Positions 9,864 through 18,742 of a stretch of 64,000 bases of DNA are shown piece by piece. The notes below the pieces were generated by a model, which saw only the letters and a program-made list of their open reading frames with translations, was not told where the DNA came from and searched no databases. Source of the DNA: Patescibacteria group bacterium (lineage in GTDB: Bacteria; Patescibacteriota; Patescibacteriia; 2-12-FULL-60-25); contig JAVHLR010000001.1 in assembly GCA_031082005.1 (NCBI GenBank), positions 127,251-191,250 on the forward strand, in the 5' to 3' direction. Made by a program: the position numbers and the translations under genes. Every line of letters starts with the position of its first letter. Position 1 is the first letter of the stretch.

Positions 9864-10520
9864 ATGACTTCATCCCAGAATTCTCCCGACATCGTTTCCC
9901 GTTCCGGCGCACAAAGCTGGTTCTATTCTGATGTGGTCAAGGATCATTTTTTCAATCCGCGTAACTTCATGCAGGATGAATCATCTTATGCCGATGCGGC
10001 CATGGGTCTGGTCGGCAGTCCAGCCTGCGGCGATGCCATGAAGGTTTGGATCAAAGCCGATCCGCAGACAGAAAGGATCACTGACTGCAAATGGAAGACT
10101 TTCGGATGCGGCTCTGCCATCGCCTCGACTTCGATGATGTCTGTCATGGTGACGGAAAACGGCGGCATGACTTTGGATGAAGCGCGTCAGCTCAAGCCGC
10201 AGCACATCATGGAGCGTCTCGGCGGCTTACCGGCGCGGAAGATCCATTGTTCTGTGTTGGGCGACAAGGCGCTGCGCTCCGCCATCAATGATTGGTATCG
10301 CCGTGTCGGGCGTCTTGATAAGGTGGAGGAAGGATATGGTCGGATTATCGATCAGGAAACAAAAGTCACTGATAAGGATATCGAACACGCTGTCTTGGAC
10401 GGTGCCGACACGCTCGAGAAAGTCCAAGCCAAATTGAAGGTCGGTATCGGCAATCCTGCGTGCATTCCAGAAGTCGAGCAGCTCATGAGATTCTATAGGG
10501 CAAAATATTTTGGCGTATGA
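9864..10520 (+). CDS. nifU: NifU/IscU-type Fe-S cluster scaffold protein
   Basis: The three scaffold Cys motifs are present: GSPACGD, FGCGSAIAS and KIHCSVL. A C-terminal extension resembles a degenerate BFD-like domain. Confidence 0.85.
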   Translation: MTSSQNSPDIVSRSGAQSWFYSDVVKDHFFNPRNFMQDESSYADAAMGLVGSPACGDAMKVWIKADPQTERITDCKWKTFGCGSAIASTSMMSVMVTENGGMTLDEARQLKPQHIMERLGGLPARKIHCSVLGDKALRSAINDWYRRVGRLDKVEEGYGRIIDQETKVTDKDIEHAVLDGADTLEKVQAKLKVGIGNPACIPEVEQLMRFYRAKYFGV

Positions 10521-10738
10521 AAATCGCAAGGATCGAGATCGACCGTGATGCATGCATCGGTGCAGCGCCATGCGTAACCGTCGCGCCAGGCGTCTTTCAG
10601 TTGGATGGCGAGAACAAGGCATATGTCGTCGATCCTGAAGCCGAGAGCGACGACGACATTCTGCTTGCCGCCCAAGCCTGTCCGGTCCAAGCCATAAGAC
10701 TTTTCGACGAAGACGGCAACCAGATCTATCCGGATTAG
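10517..10738 (+). CDS. small ferredoxin, probable [3Fe-4S] type
   Basis: CIGAAPC...CP pattern (CxxAxxC...CP). 73 aa. Overlaps the nifU stop by 4 nt. Confidence 0.7.
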   Translation: MKIARIEIDRDACIGAAPCVTVAPGVFQLDGENKAYVVDPEAESDDDILLAAQACPVQAIRLFDEDGNQIYPD

Positions 10739-10753
10739 CGTTAGTCTCGTTAT

Positions 10754-10779
10754 GTCATCCCGGCCTTAGAGCCGGGATC
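10754..10779. repeat. GTCAT...ATC palindromic hairpin repeat, CCCGGC subtype
   Basis: gtcat-cccggc-cttaga-gccggg-atc. A near copy lies at 61335..61360. Confidence 0.7.
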
Positions 10780-10801
10780 TGGATTTCTTCTTCATTATTT
10801 C

Positions 10802-10826
10802 GTCATTCCAGCGTAGGCTGGAATCC
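10802..10826. repeat. GTCAT...ATC palindromic hairpin repeat, TCCAGC subtype
   Basis: gtcat-tccagc-gtag-gctgga-atcc. A near-identical copy lies at 20922..20946. Confidence 0.7.
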
Positions 10827-10846
10827 ATAAATTCAAATAAAAGATA

Positions 10847-10878
10847 ACGCTCCGGCCAGATTGGTCGGAGCGTTTGTT
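10847..10878. terminator. bidirectional intrinsic terminator between convergent genes
   Basis: Stem aacgctccg/cggagcgtt, with an A-run upstream and tgtt downstream. Confidence 0.5.
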
Positions 10879-10894
10879 AGGAGGGAGTGGGGAA

Positions 10895-12397
10895 TTAGCG
10901 GTTTTTATCCGCTTCTTCCTTGAGACGTTGGATCTCTCCCACGTCCCAGACGCTTGTGGTTATGCCCGCCTGGATCATGTCGGTTCCAGATGGGGGAGGG
11001 CAATCGACCGGCGGTTGGCCGGACGATGTCGGTCGTTCGCTCTCGCCGTCCCATGTGTCTAGTACTGCCGACCATCGATCGCCGCCTTCGTTCTGCGACG
11101 CGATCGGCATCACGATTGGGGGTGGCTGACGGGCATCGACAAGCTTCCTGTCCTCAACCGGCCTGACGCGCGGGAAGGCTGAAGGGACCTCGACTTGAGC
11201 GTGTGTCCCACCGATATCAGGAGGGATCTCGATGTCCCGCGTAGTCTCGAAGAGCGTCGCATCGTCCTCAAAGTTCCAGCCGGGGGTCGGCATGACGGCT
11301 CCGCGTTGGGAGGAAGCAGGTTCATCTGCCCAGGTGTCTTCCTTTGGCCCGTGAGCGACCCGCAGCTTCAACTCGCACGCTGTCGTGACTTGGACTGGCG
11401 CGTCTTGCGGGATTTCCGAGCCGATCATGCGGTACGAAGAAGTGTTGCCTGCACTCGGTGCAGTCGGAGGCTCGTCCTCGAAGCTCACCGTCTCCATCCG
11501 AGGCCGCGATGCGGCCGGCTGGCGCGTCAGCTCTGTCACAGGCGTGAGCTCGTCGTCCGTCAGCTCGATCGCATCATCCAGCACGGCTGTTGCCGGCGGC
11601 CTCGTCCGTGTCTTCATCCCGTGATCTTGCTCGGTCGTCAGGATGAACATCAGTTCTTCTGGCTCGATAGATTCCTGCCCTAAGAAGTTGAGCACGTCGT
11701 TGACGATGCGCAGTACCTGGGTGGACTCTTCGCGCTGACGCTGCTCTAGCTCTCTCAAGTACTCCGTGGCTTCTTGCGCCGGCTTGATGGCTGCCGCCTC
11801 ACGCTCGCGCGACTTCCGCAGGTCAACCTCCAGGCTGCTGATACGCGCCTTGAGCTTGCGGTTCGCCTCTTCGATCTGCCGCGCTTTGGCCAGATCTAGC
11901 TGTGCGGACATTTCGGCATCCGCCGCTTCGTCCTGCCTCGCCTGAAGACTCAGCATCTGGTCGGTGTAGGCGCGTCGCAACGTGAGGATGTGACGTGCTG
12001 CCATCTGTCCGTAGGCCCGAAGAAAATCACGGGTCTCGAACACATCGCCGAAACTCGCCAGTGGGACTTCCGCGATGATGACGTCCGTCTCCGCGACGAA
12101 TTCATATCCTTGGTCTTCAGTTACCGAGAAGAAGCGGTCGAGCCAGAGCGGTTCGCCTGGCTGGATGTAATCGACCGTAGCGCGCACCCGACCGCCCAGG
12201 CCGGACTGCATCTCTTTCACTACGGCAACCGTGCCGATGCGCACGTGGTAGGCCATATCCCGATCATCGCACGAAATGCGCTGACCTTTATGGAACGGCC
12301 TGTCGAAGCTGCTTGGTTTGTACTCGCCGCTTTTGGCGGCGCGGTGTTCGGTCAGGCTCGCGACCTGACCGCTGTCGTGCTTAGGTCTCTCGCTCAA
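10895..12397 (-). CDS. hypothetical protein: CAP/cNMP-binding-like N-domain, coiled coil, low-complexity Pro/Thr/Asp-rich tail
   Basis: FHKGQRISCDDRDMAYHVRIGTVAVVKE...FVAETDVIIAEVPLASF fits a cNMP-binding beta-barrel pattern. The central heptad-rich region is AEMSAQLDLAKARQIEEANRKLKARISSLE. Confidence 0.4.
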   Translation of the reverse strand: MSERPKHDSGQVASLTEHRAAKSGEYKPSSFDRPFHKGQRISCDDRDMAYHVRIGTVAVVKEMQSGLGGRVRATVDYIQPGEPLWLDRFFSVTEDQGYEFVAETDVIIAEVPLASFGDVFETRDFLRAYGQMAARHILTLRRAYTDQMLSLQARQDEAADAEMSAQLDLAKARQIEEANRKLKARISSLEVDLRKSREREAAAIKPAQEATEYLRELEQRQREESTQVLRIVNDVLNFLGQESIEPEELMFILTTEQDHGMKTRTRPPATAVLDDAIELTDDELTPVTELTRQPAASRPRMETVSFEDEPPTAPSAGNTSSYRMIGSEIPQDAPVQVTTACELKLRVAHGPKEDTWADEPASSQRGAVMPTPGWNFEDDATLFETTRDIEIPPDIGGTHAQVEVPSAFPRVRPVEDRKLVDARQPPPIVMPIASQNEGGDRWSAVLDTWDGESERPTSSGQPPVDCPPPSGTDMIQAGITTSVWDVGEIQRLKEEADKNR

Positions 12398-12509
12398 TGG
12401 TGTGTCCTTGTTGAAGGTTCGAGGTTATTTTGTTGGCCTTGCCGCCAACTGTGTACCCTAAGCAAAAAAAGACCTTTTGTCAAGATTAAAGGAGTATTTG
12501 TGGCTTTAT

Positions 12510-13715
12510 TTAAACTTTATTCTCCAGAATGACCACGCGCCGTGAGACGTGTTGTCCGGGTCGTTGATAGACTAAGGCTTTGTGGGAGGTTTCTTGCCCC
12601 CCGCATCCGTCGAGCATGACATAACCCAGTCCAGAAAGTTCATGCGTCAGATCGACTCGCGCCCTTCCGTTTGAAGAAGAGAGTTGCGGCCAGACGCAGA
12701 CCAAGCGCGCGTGGGGTTTTAGGAGCGGTTTGAGTGATTTCAGGCTATCGATCCAAAGCTGTCTTATTTCATCTGCTCCATTTTCGAGGTCTGCCTGTCT
12801 TTCATGCCCCTTCAGCGGCTTACCCAGATAGCCTTCGGTGATTATGCAGTCTATTGATTTCGGTTTCAGGTGACTCGCAATGCGCCTCACGTCACTGGTG
12901 AAAAGTTTAAATCTTTCTTCGTCGTCCGGCCGTAGGATTTTTTCTTCGATCAGCCACTCTTGGTTCTGCAGAGTGTCGCCCATCATCGCATCCGAAATGT
13001 CGCTTCCAATGATAAGAGAAGCCTTCGTTGCTAAGGCAGTTTCCATCAAGATAGTCCCGCTACCGCAAAACGGATCCAGGATAGTGGCCCCATCCTCCAC
13101 TTGAGCCAGATTCACCATGATGCGCGCGAGCTTGGGCGGCAACATGCCGTTCACGTCATTGCGCGCCGGACGTCCGAAGTCGCGCAAGCTCCAGGCGTCC
13201 GGATCCTGCACATCAGTCGTGACGCCGACATGTACTTTCGTCCCCTCGACAAAAATGCAGATATCCATGCCATCAGACGTCAGTCCCATCTTGAAGATCG
13301 CGGCTGGAGAGATCTCGCCATTATCCTTACCCGTCACCCAGCGCGTCTTTAGCCCTTCGGCTCGAGCGATTTTTTTGAAGACCAGGGCTTGATTCGTCAG
13401 CCGTCGCTTCAGGTTCGGATTTCCGCCATATACGGTCCAACCGAAATTCAACTCCCGGTCATGCAGTCGCGACTTGAGCTTTTTGAACAGCTCGCCGGCG
13501 TCAAGCCTGTCCAGCGTAGTTTCTTCCACGATATCGCCGAGTTTCGTCACGCCTCCAAGCTTGTTCATCATGACATCGCCCTCCCAATTTTTGGTTTCAG
13601 CAACGGCGGCACGATCCAATCGGATGATGTCGGTATTTTCCGGCAACACACAGGAAATTTCGGCTAGGCTTAGCTCTGGATGCGTTCCGAGTACGAGAAA
13701 ATGTTTCATGGACAT
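12510..13715 (-). CDS. SAM-dependent RNA methyltransferase, UPF0020/Trm11-like
   Basis: Motif I is ILDPFCGSGTILMETA, preceded by an N-terminal THUMP-like region. Motif IV reads ITEGYLG instead of (D/N)PPY. Confidence 0.55.
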   Translation of the reverse strand: MSMKHFLVLGTHPELSLAEISCVLPENTDIIRLDRAAVAETKNWEGDVMMNKLGGVTKLGDIVEETTLDRLDAGELFKKLKSRLHDRELNFGWTVYGGNPNLKRRLTNQALVFKKIARAEGLKTRWVTGKDNGEISPAAIFKMGLTSDGMDICIFVEGTKVHVGVTTDVQDPDAWSLRDFGRPARNDVNGMLPPKLARIMVNLAQVEDGATILDPFCGSGTILMETALATKASLIIGSDISDAMMGDTLQNQEWLIEEKILRPDDEERFKLFTSDVRRIASHLKPKSIDCIITEGYLGKPLKGHERQADLENGADEIRQLWIDSLKSLKPLLKPHARLVCVWPQLSSSNGRARVDLTHELSGLGYVMLDGCGGQETSHKALVYQRPGQHVSRRVVILENKV

Positions 13716-13913
13716 ATCCTACAACTATTGACGACCTTCGTCACTTGACCTGCACCTCATTGTATGATTATCTATGACATCCGCCTTTTTGCTTGATTGA
13801 CTTGCTTTTGTCCGAAATGGACGCGGAGGGCGGAGCCGCGTTCTTTGACAAGTGGAAAAAGAAACCGAACAACAGGGTGCTGCGACGCGCCTTAAGTCTT
13901 GGGAGAAAACGCC

Positions 13914-16607
13914 ATGCTGAAACGATTTTTGCAGGTTCTGGCACCGTTGATCGTTTTGCTCTGCGTGGCCTTCCCGGCCTACGCACAGTCAGCGATCGAA
14001 GGGCAGGACTGGTGGCGCGTGAAGCCACCGTCCGGCAAAGATGAAAGCGATGCGGTCTATGTTAAGATCGCACCTGACATCAACCTCCAGACGCCTGCCT
14101 TCATCAAGGCGGTGAATGAGAGGTTCCGATTCAACCCGCCGCTCGACATGCTGGCGCTGCGCGAAGAGAATCGCGACATCACCATCGCGCTCTGCCACAA
14201 GCTGGGCGACGGTTACCACATGGGCGTCATCCGCTCGATGGAAGAGCGCCGCGCTGATCGCGCTTGGCTCAACTGTCGTCCGGAAGACGGCAAAGAGCGC
14301 TACGTGTATGTGCTGCCGGGGCAGGTCATTCGCCTGCGCGGCCAGCACATCATCGCGCCAGACAAGAAGCTTGCTTTGGCCGACCAAATAGCTGCCTGCA
14401 AAGACCTCGATTGCCTGGTCCGCGTCTCGCGCGAACTCGGCAGCGCGGTCACTGACGCAGGGCACGGAACGCCAGTCGGATCCTCTGTGGATCCCTTCAT
14501 CGCCGAACTCACTGCCTGCAACGGCGGCCTCGACTGCGTCATCGCAGCTGCACGGAACCGTGGCATCAAGGTAGATGAACCGGTGAAGGACAAGCCGAGC
14601 ACGGCAACCACGCTCGCGCCTGCGCCTCATGACGACACAGGACTCATCATCGCGCTCATCATCTTCATCGCGCTGACCATCGGGCTCTCCATTGCATTGA
14701 TCATCTCCAGCTCGATTTCCTCGGCGCGCGCCAAGCTGAACGAGCAGTACTCCGAAGATATCGAGAAGCTGCAGGCCACGTTGGCCGGCAACGAAGAAGC
14801 GCTTCAGGAGGCGCAGAAGAAGTCCGCGGCAGCGCAAGGTGAGGTCGTCTCTGCCAAGAAGGTGCAGAGCGAAGTGAGCACGAGTCTGAAGGGTCTGACC
14901 CAGGTCATGCAGGCAGTTACGCAAGCCATGGTGGACTGCGCCAAGCGCTGGAACCTCACCGTCCCGGCTTCCTACAAGCAGATCGAGCTTTTCGGTCTGA
15001 TCGCCGACCACGTGGACGAGGTCTATGCTCAAATCGCACTGGCTAATCGTTCCAAGCTCGAAGTAGAGAGGAGAGTCCAGGGTCTGCTGACCGAGGTCGA
15101 TCAGAAGGCGGCCGAGGTCGGAGTTCTCGAACAGGCATTGCGCGACATGGCTGCGGTGACCGAAGCGGATCGTCTTCACTGCGCCGAACTGTATGCCCTG
15201 ATCAACCAGAGCAACGCCGACCTCATCCTGATCGACAATGAGGCGACTGATCTGCGCGGGCCATTCGGGGAGTTGACTACCCGCCATGTCGAAGCACTGA
15301 AGACTAACCCGGATCTCGCGCCGGATCTGCAGCTCCAAATCGACATGTGCGAGGCCAGGTTTGGGGAGCTGTCGCAGGCACGCGCAAAGGTCATCGACCG
15401 GAAAGCCGCGGCACAGACCGAATTCGACGCCCTCTTCGAGAAGCTCGCCGGATTCAAGTTCACCGAAGCGACCCTCTACGAAGAGGCGCAACGCGATCGG
15501 AACGATGCGGCAAGCGAACTCGGCAAGGCCAAACTCCTGCAATACTACGCCCAGGCTCGGCAGGACAGGCTCTCTGTCATCGAAGCCGATATGGGCGAGC
15601 GCGAAACCGCAATCGAGGCACGCGAAGCCGCAGTGGCGCTCCGTGAGTCGGAACAAGCGCGACGCCAGCTGGAGTTGGACGAACTGTCAGCCGACACGTT
15701 CGAACTGAACCTCAAGTGGCGTGGCCTGATGGAGGGCTTGCTCTCCCTGCTGGGCTACGACGCCAATAAGATGAAGCTCGAAGACATCCGAGCTATCGAT
15801 GGCTCGGTCGGAGCTGTCGAAGAAGCGCGTCGTCTGCTCGAAGCAGCGAACGGCCGCCTCATCATCGCCGATGGGCAAGTCGCGGCCTTGAACTCCGAAT
15901 TGGCCAAGCAGCGCGAAGCTTCGCGTCTCATGATCGCGGAGAATGTAGCGTTGCTGGCCGGCCCGCAGAGCGCAGCTGACCAGCTCGCCCGCTACGCGGT
16001 CGCGTTGGAGGATGAGATGCGACAGCGCAAGGTTCTCCGACGCAAGCTCGGCAAGGCCGTGCAGCTGCAGAAGCGCCTCGAGCGCCAGCTCGCCGCCGTG
16101 TCGGCTGAACGCCAGGTACAGGCCGAGACGATAGCTCGCCTCGAGCGTGAGCTTGCGGAGCCGCCGGTGCCTGAATTTCCCAAACCGACGCCGGTGCCCA
16201 AGTTCCCCGAGCCGCTCGAGAGCACGAGCGGCGTAAGGCGGACCGACACGATGCCATACACCGCGGCCTTTGATGGTCGGGCGGCACAGGAAGCCTTCTT
16301 CAACGCCGCCGAGATGATTCTGAAGGAAGGCGGGGGACTGTTCCTCAACACCGCCCGCAGGGTCTGGATTCTGTTCCAGCTTACGCAACAAAGGGTGCGG
16401 TTCGACTTTGCCGGAATCTTCCCGGCGAGCGACCCAGGTCCCACCAATCGCGCAGCTCTGGACCTGTCCAGGACCAGGGAGAAAATGAACCGAGCGATCT
16501 TCTGCCAGGAAGACCTCCGGTGGTTCATCGACTTGTTCGAACCGCCGGTGCCGGATACGTACCGCTCTACCCCCAAGGAGGCCTGCGCCTCCGACATTCC
16601 ACGGTGA
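13914..16607 (+). CDS. large membrane-anchored coiled-coil protein
   Basis: Track ORF 13899..16607. The ATG at 13914 follows a GGGAG SD. Signal peptide MLKRFLQVLAPLIVLLCVAFPAYA, one TM helix (GLIIALIIFIALTIGLSIALII), then about 600 aa of heptad-rich sequence. Confidence 0.55.
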   Translation: MLKRFLQVLAPLIVLLCVAFPAYAQSAIEGQDWWRVKPPSGKDESDAVYVKIAPDINLQTPAFIKAVNERFRFNPPLDMLALREENRDITIALCHKLGDGYHMGVIRSMEERRADRAWLNCRPEDGKERYVYVLPGQVIRLRGQHIIAPDKKLALADQIAACKDLDCLVRVSRELGSAVTDAGHGTPVGSSVDPFIAELTACNGGLDCVIAAARNRGIKVDEPVKDKPSTATTLAPAPHDDTGLIIALIIFIALTIGLSIALIISSSISSARAKLNEQYSEDIEKLQATLAGNEEALQEAQKKSAAAQGEVVSAKKVQSEVSTSLKGLTQVMQAVTQAMVDCAKRWNLTVPASYKQIELFGLIADHVDEVYAQIALANRSKLEVERRVQGLLTEVDQKAAEVGVLEQALRDMAAVTEADRLHCAELYALINQSNADLILIDNEATDLRGPFGELTTRHVEALKTNPDLAPDLQLQIDMCEARFGELSQARAKVIDRKAAAQTEFDALFEKLAGFKFTEATLYEEAQRDRNDAASELGKAKLLQYYAQARQDRLSVIEADMGERETAIEAREAAVALRESEQARRQLELDELSADTFELNLKWRGLMEGLLSLLGYDANKMKLEDIRAIDGSVGAVEEARRLLEAANGRLIIADGQVAALNSELAKQREASRLMIAENVALLAGPQSAADQLARYAVALEDEMRQRKVLRRKLGKAVQLQKRLERQLAAVSAERQVQAETIARLERELAEPPVPEFPKPTPVPKFPEPLESTSGVRRTDTMPYTAAFDGRAAQEAFFNAAEMILKEGGGLFLNTARRVWILFQLTQQRVRFDFAGIFPASDPGPTNRAALDLSRTREKMNRAIFCQEDLRWFIDLFEPPVPDTYRSTPKEACASDIPR

Positions 16608-16776
16608 CACAACCAAGGCTCTAAAAGCCTCTTTTTCCACGGTGACAACTCATCCCGCCTCGTGCGGGACACTCCAATCTGAAAAACGCCTCCGGCAACC
16701 AGCTGCAGGCGTTTTCAAATACTCATCTTCTTGAGCCAAAAATACTAGCTACCGCCACCTTACTCACCCCCGAGTA

Positions 16777-16805
16777 TTGACTAAAAAGGGGTTTTAGCTT
16801 AATCT
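16777..16805 (+). promoter_or_regulatory. sigma70-type promoter of rpsF operon
   Basis: TTGACT, 17-nt spacer, TAATCT. A leader of about 100 nt precedes rpsF. Confidence 0.4.
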
Positions 16806-16908
16806 CAACCCACTAATTATTAAGCATGGGTGGCCATGTTCCGTCCCGTTTTCTCAAGGAAACGGTCAGCGGAGCGCTCCGGAAAGACCGGGGACATCCT
16901 ATGTACAT

Positions 16909-17472
16909 ATGGACGAAAGAATTCGCGAATACGAACTTCTTTACATCATCTCCGCGACCTTCACGGACGAAGAGATGGGTAGCGTCGAAGGACGCGTCAA
17001 GGAGCTGCTCGAAAAGAGCGGCGCCGCGATAGCCTCCACCGACAGGTTGGGCAAATTCCGTTTTGCCTATCCGATCCAGCACCAGCGTTACGGACACTAC
17101 GTCATGGTGCGCTTTAATTCAGACACTCAAGCCATGGCTCGCATCAACGATGCGCTGCGCCTCTCATCCGATGTCTTGCGCCACATCATCATCCGCGCCG
17201 AAGAGGTCGGTAGCGGCAAGTTCGACCTCGTACAGTTCGCCGAGGTGAACGTGGATGCTAAGCTCGATGCGCGCGAAGAGCGCCAGCGTCGCGGCCGTGA
17301 GGATTCAGGCGACAAGACCAAGACGGCAGCCGACATCAAATCAGGCGTCGCCGCCCTGGAATCCGGCAAGGAAGAGGAAGTGAAGGAAGCCGCGGAAGGC
17401 GCCGAAACCGAAGGGTTGAGCGCAGAGGAGCTGGAGAAGAAGATTAACACAGCCCTGAAGGACGAAGTATAA
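16909..17472 (+). CDS. rpsF: 30S ribosomal protein bS6 with acidic C-terminal extension
   Basis: YELLYIISATFTDEE...GKFRFAYPIQHQRYGHYVMVRF, and the conserved rpsF-ssb-rpsR order. Confidence 0.9.
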   Translation: MDERIREYELLYIISATFTDEEMGSVEGRVKELLEKSGAAIASTDRLGKFRFAYPIQHQRYGHYVMVRFNSDTQAMARINDALRLSSDVLRHIIIRAEEVGSGKFDLVQFAEVNVDAKLDAREERQRRGREDSGDKTKTAADIKSGVAALESGKEEEVKEAAEGAETEGLSAEELEKKINTALKDEV

Positions 17473-17487
17473 TAACAATCAAAAGGT

Positions 17488-17913
17488 ATGAATCTTAACC
17501 GCGCCACTATCATCGGTAACCTGACGCGAGATCCTGAATCCCGCGTCACGAACACGGGCCAGAACGTGTGCAACTTCAGTGTCGCCACGTCGTCCCAATG
17601 GACGGATGCCCAGGGACAACGCCAGGAGCGCAGTGAATTCCATCCCATCGTCGCTTGGGGCAAGCTGGCTGACATCTGTAGCCAGTACTTGGCCAAGGGC
17701 CGCAAGGTCTACGTCGAAGGACGTCTCCAGACCCGCGAGTGGGAAGCGCAGGACGGCAGCAAGCGCCAGCGCACCGAGATAGTCGCCGAGAACGTCATCC
17801 TGCTCGATCGTCCGCCGCAGGGCGGAGCGCCACGTGACGCAGCTGCGCCGTCGGGCACGGTCGATCAGGGCATCGGCGATCAGGAAATCAAGGTTGAGGA
17901 CATACCGTTTTAA
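17488..17913 (+). CDS. ssb: single-stranded DNA-binding protein
   Basis: OB-fold N-terminus MNLNRATIIGNLTRDPE and the C-terminal acidic tip ending DIPF. Confidence 0.92.
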   Translation: MNLNRATIIGNLTRDPESRVTNTGQNVCNFSVATSSQWTDAQGQRQERSEFHPIVAWGKLADICSQYLAKGRKVYVEGRLQTREWEAQDGSKRQRTEIVAENVILLDRPPQGGAPRDAAAPSGTVDQGIGDQEIKVEDIPF

Positions 17914-17921
17914 ACCGACAT

Positions 17922-18146
17922 ATGCCGACCAACACAAAGACCAAGAAGAGACAGTGTGCCTTCTGTCAGTCAGGCGCCAAAGAGATCAACTACAAAGATA
18001 CCAACATGCTGCGCCGCTATCTGTCGTCATTCGGCAAGATAGTCCCGCGCAAACGCTCCGGCGTCTGCATGTGGCACCAGCGCAAGCTCTCGACAGCCAT
18101 CAAGCGCGCCAGGTTCATGGCCCTCCTGCCATACCTCGTGCAATAG
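17922..18146 (+). CDS. rpsR: 30S ribosomal protein bS18
   Basis: INYKDTNMLRRYLSSFGKIVPRKRSGVCMWHQRKLSTAIKRARFMALLPY. Confidence 0.92.
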   Translation: MPTNTKTKKRQCAFCQSGAKEINYKDTNMLRRYLSSFGKIVPRKRSGVCMWHQRKLSTAIKRARFMALLPYLVQ

Positions 18147-18162
18147 ATTCAGAAGAACACGA

Positions 18163-18190
18163 AATCGTCCGCTCCGGCGGGCGATTTTGT
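18163..18190 (+). terminator. intrinsic terminator after rpsR
   Basis: Stem aatcgtccgc/gcgggcgatt (one mismatch), followed by ttgt. Confidence 0.45.
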
Positions 18191-18222
18191 ATATTCCCGG
18201 CAGATGTGTAGAATGGAGCGAT

Positions 18223-18726
18223 ATGGACATGGAACAGAATATTCTGCGCGTACGTCCTTCTTGGGACGAGTATTTCCTCAACATCTGTGGCGTAGTGGCG
18301 ACACGTTCGCACGACCACGATACGCAAGTCGGCTGCTGCATCGTCAATCCCAAGCGACGCATCGTATCGACCGGCTATAACGGACTGCCGGCCGGAGTCG
18401 ATGATGCTTTTTGGGCGACGCGGCGCGAGCAGACCGTCAGGATCCCGGGTGTATTTTCCGACGAACTTTTTTACGATGTCGACAAATACGAGACCGTAAC
18501 TCACGCCGAAGCTAACGCCATCGTCTCCGCTTCGGAGGGTTTGCACGGTTGTCACCTATATAGCACGCTTTTTCCGTGCAACGAATGCGCAAAGCTCATA
18601 ATCACGGCAGGCATCCGCCGCGTCATCTACCGCGACATGCGCGAATGGAAAGGCCACGCCATCGCCAAGAAACTTTTTGAGCAAGCAGGTATCGAGATCG
18701 TATCGATCGGAAATCAGACGGTTTGA
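18223..18726 (+). CDS. deoxycytidylate (dCMP) deaminase / CMP-dCMP deaminase zinc-binding protein
   Basis: HAEANAI and PCNECAKLI zinc motifs. The track ORF starts at 18187, but the Met at 18223 fits family length better. Confidence 0.8.
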   Translation: MDMEQNILRVRPSWDEYFLNICGVVATRSHDHDTQVGCCIVNPKRRIVSTGYNGLPAGVDDAFWATRREQTVRIPGVFSDELFYDVDKYETVTHAEANAIVSASEGLHGCHLYSTLFPCNECAKLIITAGIRRVIYRDMREWKGHAIAKKLFEQAGIEIVSIGNQTV

Positions 18727-18742
18727 TTTCCGTTGGCTTTGT

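Noticed and set aside
13989-15656. 555-codon minus-strand ORF, with similar long antisense ORFs at 4647..5585, 8789..9634, 15687..16640, 15992..16672, 46631..47173, 47846..48814, 49413..49967 and 53605..54186
   Set aside because: Each lies entirely antisense to a gene with clear family motifs (copA, nifS, coiled-coil protein, HK, pilB, pilC, pilM). Their translations are Arg/Gly/Asp-rich low-complexity sequence, typical of shadow ORFs in GC-rich coding DNA.
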